NCBI GenBank assembly: GCA_034439715.1
Contig: JAWXAY010000085.1
Span: 1-29,677 of the forward strand
Source: Pseudomonadota bacterium
Lineage (GTDB): Bacteria > Bdellovibrionota > Bdellovibrionia > Bdellovibrionales > SG-bin7
DNA: 29,677 nucleotides
Direction of reading: 5' to 3'
The translations under genes were made by a program, and so were the position numbers. This document shows, piece by piece, positions 25,406-29,677 of this stretch. Numbering within the stretch: the first letter of the stretch is position 1; the number at the start of each line of letters is the position of its first letter. The notes beneath the pieces were generated by a model. That model did not search any database. It saw only the letters and a program-made list of their open reading frames with translations, and was not told the origin of the DNA.

Positions 25406-27826
25406 ATGAACTTCGACAACAAAGAAATTGAAGTACCGGCTTCACTCCCACTATTGCCCGTCAGAGACATTGTCGTGTTCCCATATATGATTCTGCCGCT
25501 GTACGTGGGACGAGATGCTTCGATCAAAGCCGTAGAGGAATCACTAGCTACAAACAGAATGATTTTTTTAGCTTCACAAAAAGAAGTCTTTGAAGAAAAT
25601 CCTGCTAAAGAGTCCATTCATACCGTCGGCACCGTCGCAATGATTATGCGAATGAGGAAACTCGTTGATGGACGGGTAAAAATTCTTATTCAAGGCGTAG
25701 CAAAGGGACGCATTAAAAACTTCACGAAAGTTTCTCCCAGTTTTCATGTCGAGGTCGAAAAAATTTCTGATCCGGCTCAAACTGGAGCTCCCATTGAATA
25801 TGAGGCAATGATCAGACATTCAAAAGAACTTATCGAAAAAATTATCGCTTTCGGAAAATCTCTGTCACCCGATATTTTACTGGTTCTCGATGATGTAAAC
25901 GAACCCGGGCGCCTTGCCGACCTTATCGCAAGCAACATTGGTCTCAACGTTTCTCAAGCGCAAAAAGTTTTAGAGACCATGGAGCCCAAAGTTCGACTAG
26001 CTCTGGTTAATGAACTTTTGGCTAACGAGCTTGAAGTTTTACAAATGCAGGCAAGAATTCGCAATACCGCAAAAGACGAGATGACTCGCTCCCAAAGAGA
26101 GTATTTTTTAAGAGAACAGATGCGTGCTATAAAAAATGAATTGGGCGAAGCTGACTCTAAAACTGAAGAGATCGAAGAGTTGCGCGAAAAACTACTCAGC
26201 GCAAAAATGCCTGTAGTCGTAGAGGTCGAAGCCATTAAACAAGTGGGGCGCCTTGAGCGAATGCATCCCGATGCGAGCGAAGCCTCGATGGTACGGACCT
26301 ACCTCGATTGGCTAATAGATCTACCTTGGAACAAAACCACCGAAGATAAACTGGATTTAAAGGATGCTCAAAAAATTCTAGACGAGGATCACTATGATCT
26401 CAATAAGGCGAAAGATCGAATACTAGAGTTTCTTGCGGTTCGAAAACTAAAACAACACAATCAAAAAGGGCCAATCTTGTGTTTCGTCGGCCCCCCTGGA
26501 GTTGGCAAAACTTCTTTAGGAAAAAGCATTGCTCGCGCTATGGGAAGAGGCTATCTGCGTATTGCGCTTGGTGGAGTAAAAGACGAAGCAGAAATTCGTG
26601 GACACAGACGCACCTACGTCGGTGCAATGCCCGGAAAAATAATTCAGGCCCTTAAACAATCAGACTCTAACAATCCTGTGGTCGTTCTAGACGAAATCGA
26701 CAAACTTGGTAGTGACTATCGGGGCGACCCTAGTGCTGCAATGCTTGAAGTTTTGGATCCCGAGCAAAATTTTGCCTTTAGGGATAACTACCTCAACGTC
26801 GATTTTGACCTAAGTAAAGTATTGTTTATTGCAACGGCCAACGTCTTAGACAGCATTCCCGGCGCACTTCGTGATCGCATGGAAATTATTCATATTCCCG
26901 GCTATACCGAAAACGACAAGGTAATGATTGCTAAAAAACATCTTGTGCAAAAACAAATTGAAAATAGCGGCATTGACCCAAAAGCAATTCAGTTTACTGA
27001 CGAAGGGCTTCAGGCAATAGTTTCTAGTTACACTCGTGAGTCGGGAGTGAGAAATTTTGAACGAGAAATTGGATCGGTTTGTCGCAAAATTGCAAAAAAA
27101 GTTGTTACAGGAGATACTGCTACTACTTACATCATTAATAAAGAAGTCGTGCAGGATTTGTTGGGCACACCTAAATACCTTCGTGACGAAAAACTTAAAG
27201 AAGACCAGGTGGGAATAACCACGGGTTTGGCTTGGACCCCTGTCGGCGGCGAAGTTTTGTATGTCGAATCGCTAAAAATGAAGGGTAAAGGCGACCTCGT
27301 ATTAACTGGTCAAATGGGCGACGTCATGAAAGAGTCGGCACGCGCCGCTATGTCTTACGCTCGCTCCAACTACGAGAGTTTAAATATTCCTGTGGATTGG
27401 TTTGAGAAGTTCGATGCACACGTGCACATTCCCGCCGGGGCAATTCCAAAAGATGGCCCGTCCGCTGGAGTTACAATTGCGACATCCTTGATAAGCCTAA
27501 TGACAGATACGCCTGTTCGAAAAGATTTTGCCATGACCGGCGAAGTTACTTTATCAGGGAGAGTGTTACCTGTAGGCGGAATTAGAGAAAAAGCATTAGC
27601 CGCACTTAATCTTGGAATTACTAACATCATAGTCCCGATCGCCAACAAAAGAGATCTTTCTGATATTCCCAAAGAATTGAAGGACAAAATTAATTTTGTA
27701 TTGGTCGAAAATCTAGATGAGGTGCTGGCCATAGCACTTGATTCGAAAAAGTCGTTTAAGCACAAAAAGGGCGGACCAAAATCCGGCAAAAAAGGCAAGG
27801 AACCTGCCGCCGCCTCGGCTGCTTAA
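25406..27826 (+). CDS. lon: ATP-dependent Lon protease (LonA)
   Basis: LPLLPVRDIVVFP N-domain, Walker A GPPGVGKTS, Walker B VVVLDEIDK, catalytic PKDGPSAG, PVGGIREK. Confidence 0.97.
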   Translation: MNFDNKEIEVPASLPLLPVRDIVVFPYMILPLYVGRDASIKAVEESLATNRMIFLASQKEVFEENPAKESIHTVGTVAMIMRMRKLVDGRVKILIQGVAKGRIKNFTKVSPSFHVEVEKISDPAQTGAPIEYEAMIRHSKELIEKIIAFGKSLSPDILLVLDDVNEPGRLADLIASNIGLNVSQAQKVLETMEPKVRLALVNELLANELEVLQMQARIRNTAKDEMTRSQREYFLREQMRAIKNELGEADSKTEEIEELREKLLSAKMPVVVEVEAIKQVGRLERMHPDASEASMVRTYLDWLIDLPWNKTTEDKLDLKDAQKILDEDHYDLNKAKDRILEFLAVRKLKQHNQKGPILCFVGPPGVGKTSLGKSIARAMGRGYLRIALGGVKDEAEIRGHRRTYVGAMPGKIIQALKQSDSNNPVVVLDEIDKLGSDYRGDPSAAMLEVLDPEQNFAFRDNYLNVDFDLSKVLFIATANVLDSIPGALRDRMEIIHIPGYTENDKVMIAKKHLVQKQIENSGIDPKAIQFTDEGLQAIVSSYTRESGVRNFEREIGSVCRKIAKKVVTGDTATTYIINKEVVQDLLGTPKYLRDEKLKEDQVGITTGLAWTPVGGEVLYVESLKMKGKGDLVLTGQMGDVMKESARAAMSYARSNYESLNIPVDWFEKFDAHVHIPAGAIPKDGPSAGVTIATSLISLMTDTPVRKDFAMTGEVTLSGRVLPVGGIREKALAALNLGITNIIVPIANKRDLSDIPKELKDKINFVLVENLDEVLAIALDSKKSFKHKKGGPKSGKKGKEPAAASAA

Positions 27827-27946
27827 GGTCAGTTACTAATTATAAAGAAAAAGTGGCCCACTTGCTAAAGTCAGCGATATGGGTCCAAGGAATCTTTTTA
27901 AGCAACGACTTTGGATTGCGCCTGTCCCTAAGAAAGTAAGCAAAGC

Positions 27947-29077
27947 CTACAAATTGTCTGTCGAATCTTGAATTAAATCAATCCGCCTTAGATAAAAAAG
28001 CATATCCTCTTCTCCGCCAGCTACAGAGAGTATCAAAAGTTTATTGCCAATAACTAAACTTTCTATTGGTCTGTTTTCATCTTGCCCTTGCAGATCTGGC
28101 GTGTAGGAATCTAGCAGTTCCCACGAGTCTCCCCTTTTTATGCGAGTTATAACTTCTCTGTTGTCGGGCCCACCTGCGCTGTTACCGGCGTTACCAATAC
28201 AAATCGGTTCATTGCCAGATTTAGAGGTAATGAGTGAGGGAAAATTATAGCGATAATTTCCTTTGTAGGTGAACTTATCAGAGTCCTTCCAGGTATTGCC
28301 GCCATCTTCGCTTACTTTCACGAGCCAGTAGGTGCCTTTTCCAGAAAACATAGAGCCGGTAAGGTAAACTCTCCCATTGTTATCGACAAAAACCATTGGG
28401 GAATGGAACGATGAGCCTTCTTCCACAACCTTTTTTTCCCAAGTCTTGCCTTGATCGGTTGTTTTTAACAGATAAAGAAAGTCATTGGTACGTTCTGACA
28501 AGTAGACTTCACCTTTTTTTGTGGAAAACAAACCTCCAAACTGAAATGAGCCGCCCTTATCATCTGACTTTATAACTGTCCACGTCCGGCCGTGGTCATT
28601 ACTCACCGTTAATATACTTCCATTGTTGAGGGTTGCCGCTGTCACAAAAATATTCCCCAGTGAGTCAATGACTACTTCATTGATATAGCCAGGGGATAAA
28701 TCGAAGTCACTCCAGATTTTACCGCCATCCTCGCTCACCATAACTACGGTACGCCCAAACCTTCCCATCACGAACCAATATAATCTGCCAATGCCATCGA
28801 TTCTGATATGAGTTGTGCCATGAAGTTTTTTTGCGCCGATGTCAACATAGGCTATTTGTTCCCAGGTCGTGCCCAGATCGCAACTTCGATAAAGCCACGC
28901 ATGAGCGTACGCTCCAGCCGGATCGAAAATTCGGCTAGTTATTAGAATACATTCGTTTTTGTCAACTGCCATGCTTTCAATAAAGCCCACTTGTCGCAAC
29001 TGAACTGTATCGTTTGCCCGACCGAAGCTGGACGCACAAAGGACGATGGTAAAAATAATTTTTGAAATCAAGTTCAT
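27947..29077 (-). CDS. Secreted BNR/Asp-box (sialidase-like beta-propeller) protein
   Basis: Signal peptide; five Asp-boxes: SCDLGTTW, SEDGGKIW, SNDHGRTW, TTDQGKTW, SEDGGNTW. Confidence 0.8.
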   Translation of the reverse strand: MNLISKIIFTIVLCASSFGRANDTVQLRQVGFIESMAVDKNECILITSRIFDPAGAYAHAWLYRSCDLGTTWEQIAYVDIGAKKLHGTTHIRIDGIGRLYWFVMGRFGRTVVMVSEDGGKIWSDFDLSPGYINEVVIDSLGNIFVTAATLNNGSILTVSNDHGRTWTVIKSDDKGGSFQFGGLFSTKKGEVYLSERTNDFLYLLKTTDQGKTWEKKVVEEGSSFHSPMVFVDNNGRVYLTGSMFSGKGTYWLVKVSEDGGNTWKDSDKFTYKGNYRYNFPSLITSKSGNEPICIGNAGNSAGGPDNREVITRIKRGDSWELLDSYTPDLQGQDENRPIESLVIGNKLLILSVAGGEEDMLFYLRRIDLIQDSTDNL

Positions 29078-29214
29078 AATAATCCCTCTAACATTAGAAA
29101 ATTTTCACTTAACTACAACATAGATTTTTTTTAATTCCTATGCGAAAAAGAGCCGAAAATAGTCTATCTGTTCAATTCTTAGACAGGTCAAAACGCGTAA
29201 ACACGCTGGTTCTA

Positions 29215-29230
29215 AGGCCCCGTGCTTGCA
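29215..29230 (+). promoter_or_regulatory. Candidate sigma-54 (-24/-12) promoter
   Basis: AGGCCCCGTGCTTGCA: GG (29216-17)-N10-GC (29228-29) with TTGCA, about 30 nt upstream of the ORF at 29262. Confidence 0.45.
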
Positions 29231-29261
29231 TAGGTAAGTCTAGTCAAACTTTAGGTGGTTT

Positions 29262-29677
29262 ATGAAAAACAAAATTTTAGTTCTCCCAGTTTTTGCTTCT
29301 TTACTTTTAACCTTTTCTTATAGCTGGGCTGGCGATAGTGCATTTAGCCGGTATTATAATTCAAAAACCATTCGTCAGGGCGAGGGCCTCGGGCCCAATC
29401 GTGAAAAATCCATGAAAAGATTCTTAGCGGATCCAGAGGCCAAAGGCAAAACAGTCGAATTGATCAATCAAGATTTAAATTTAATGTTAAACTATTGGAC
29501 TCCATTAATTGAGGATTTTGAGAAAGCAAAGGCTGCGATAGTTTCTACGAGTACCAACACCCAACTCATTCGCTTTTATTCCGAAACCTCGAGTCTAATG
29601 GGTCTTCTCGATAAATTTCTGCGATCCGATATTGCTGCGCAAGTGGCCGAGGGAGCCTTTGCTCCTGAATGCACAGC
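29262..29677 (+). CDS. Secreted hypothetical protein, truncated by the window end (absent from the ORF track)
   Basis: Open frame from ATG 29262 to the end (MKNKILVLPVFASLLLTFSYSWA|GDSAF...); Sec signal peptide; AGGTGG Shine-Dalgarno. Confidence 0.75.
   Translation, partial: MKNKILVLPVFASLLLTFSYSWAGDSAFSRYYNSKTIRQGEGLGPNREKSMKRFLADPEAKGKTVELINQDLNLMLNYWTPLIEDFEKAKAAIVSTSTNTQLIRFYSETSSLMGLLDKFLRSDIAAQVAEGAFAPECT

Noticed and set aside
1473..27798. Many short alternative-frame or antisense ORFs in the track (e.g. 1995-2504, 5030-5458, 14414-14914, 17824-18348, 25330-25617, 27370-27798)
   Set aside because: They lie within or opposite well-supported genes and show no recognisable motifs; treated as shadow ORFs.
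27854..27900. Imperfect hairpin downstream of lon
   Set aside because: The stem has bulges and no adjacent U-tract; not enough to call a terminator or ncRNA.
1..29677. tRNA, rRNA, CRISPR array, IS element or integrase
   Set aside because: Intergenic gaps are all under about 190 nt; no cloverleaf, spaced repeats or recombinase motifs were seen by eye.

Overview
A 29.7 kb bacterial chromosomal window. The gene set and protein style suggest a Bdellovibrionota/deltaproteobacteria-like organism (inference). Housekeeping genes flank both sides. Left: S8 lipoprotein protease, asnS, a three-gene biotin-dependent acyl-CoA carboxylase, a split methylmalonyl-CoA mutase large subunit, an RDD protein, tatC, tatB and a conserved hypothetical. 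Right: M16 peptidase, hemW, grpE, class B dnaJ, an LpoA-like lipoprotein, two dksA/traR paralogs, lon, an Asp-box protein and a truncated secreted protein. Between them (about 10.2-17.0 kb) lies an accessory-looking block that is the best candidate for an undescribed system. It holds an overlapping three-gene operon: a divergent AmrS-type radical SAM enzyme with no AmrA/AmrB partners in the window, a methionine gamma-lyase-like PLP enzyme (YGCT motif), and a membrane di-iron desaturase fused to a GlmU-like beta-helix acyltransferase. This operon is head-to-head with a non-canonical Lgt paralog, followed by a type IV pilin and an Ig-like lipoprotein. The combination suggests a sulfur/lipid tailoring pathway for envelope components. 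All family calls come from motif recognition by eye; no database searches were run. No rRNA, tRNA, CRISPR array or mobile-element gene was seen.
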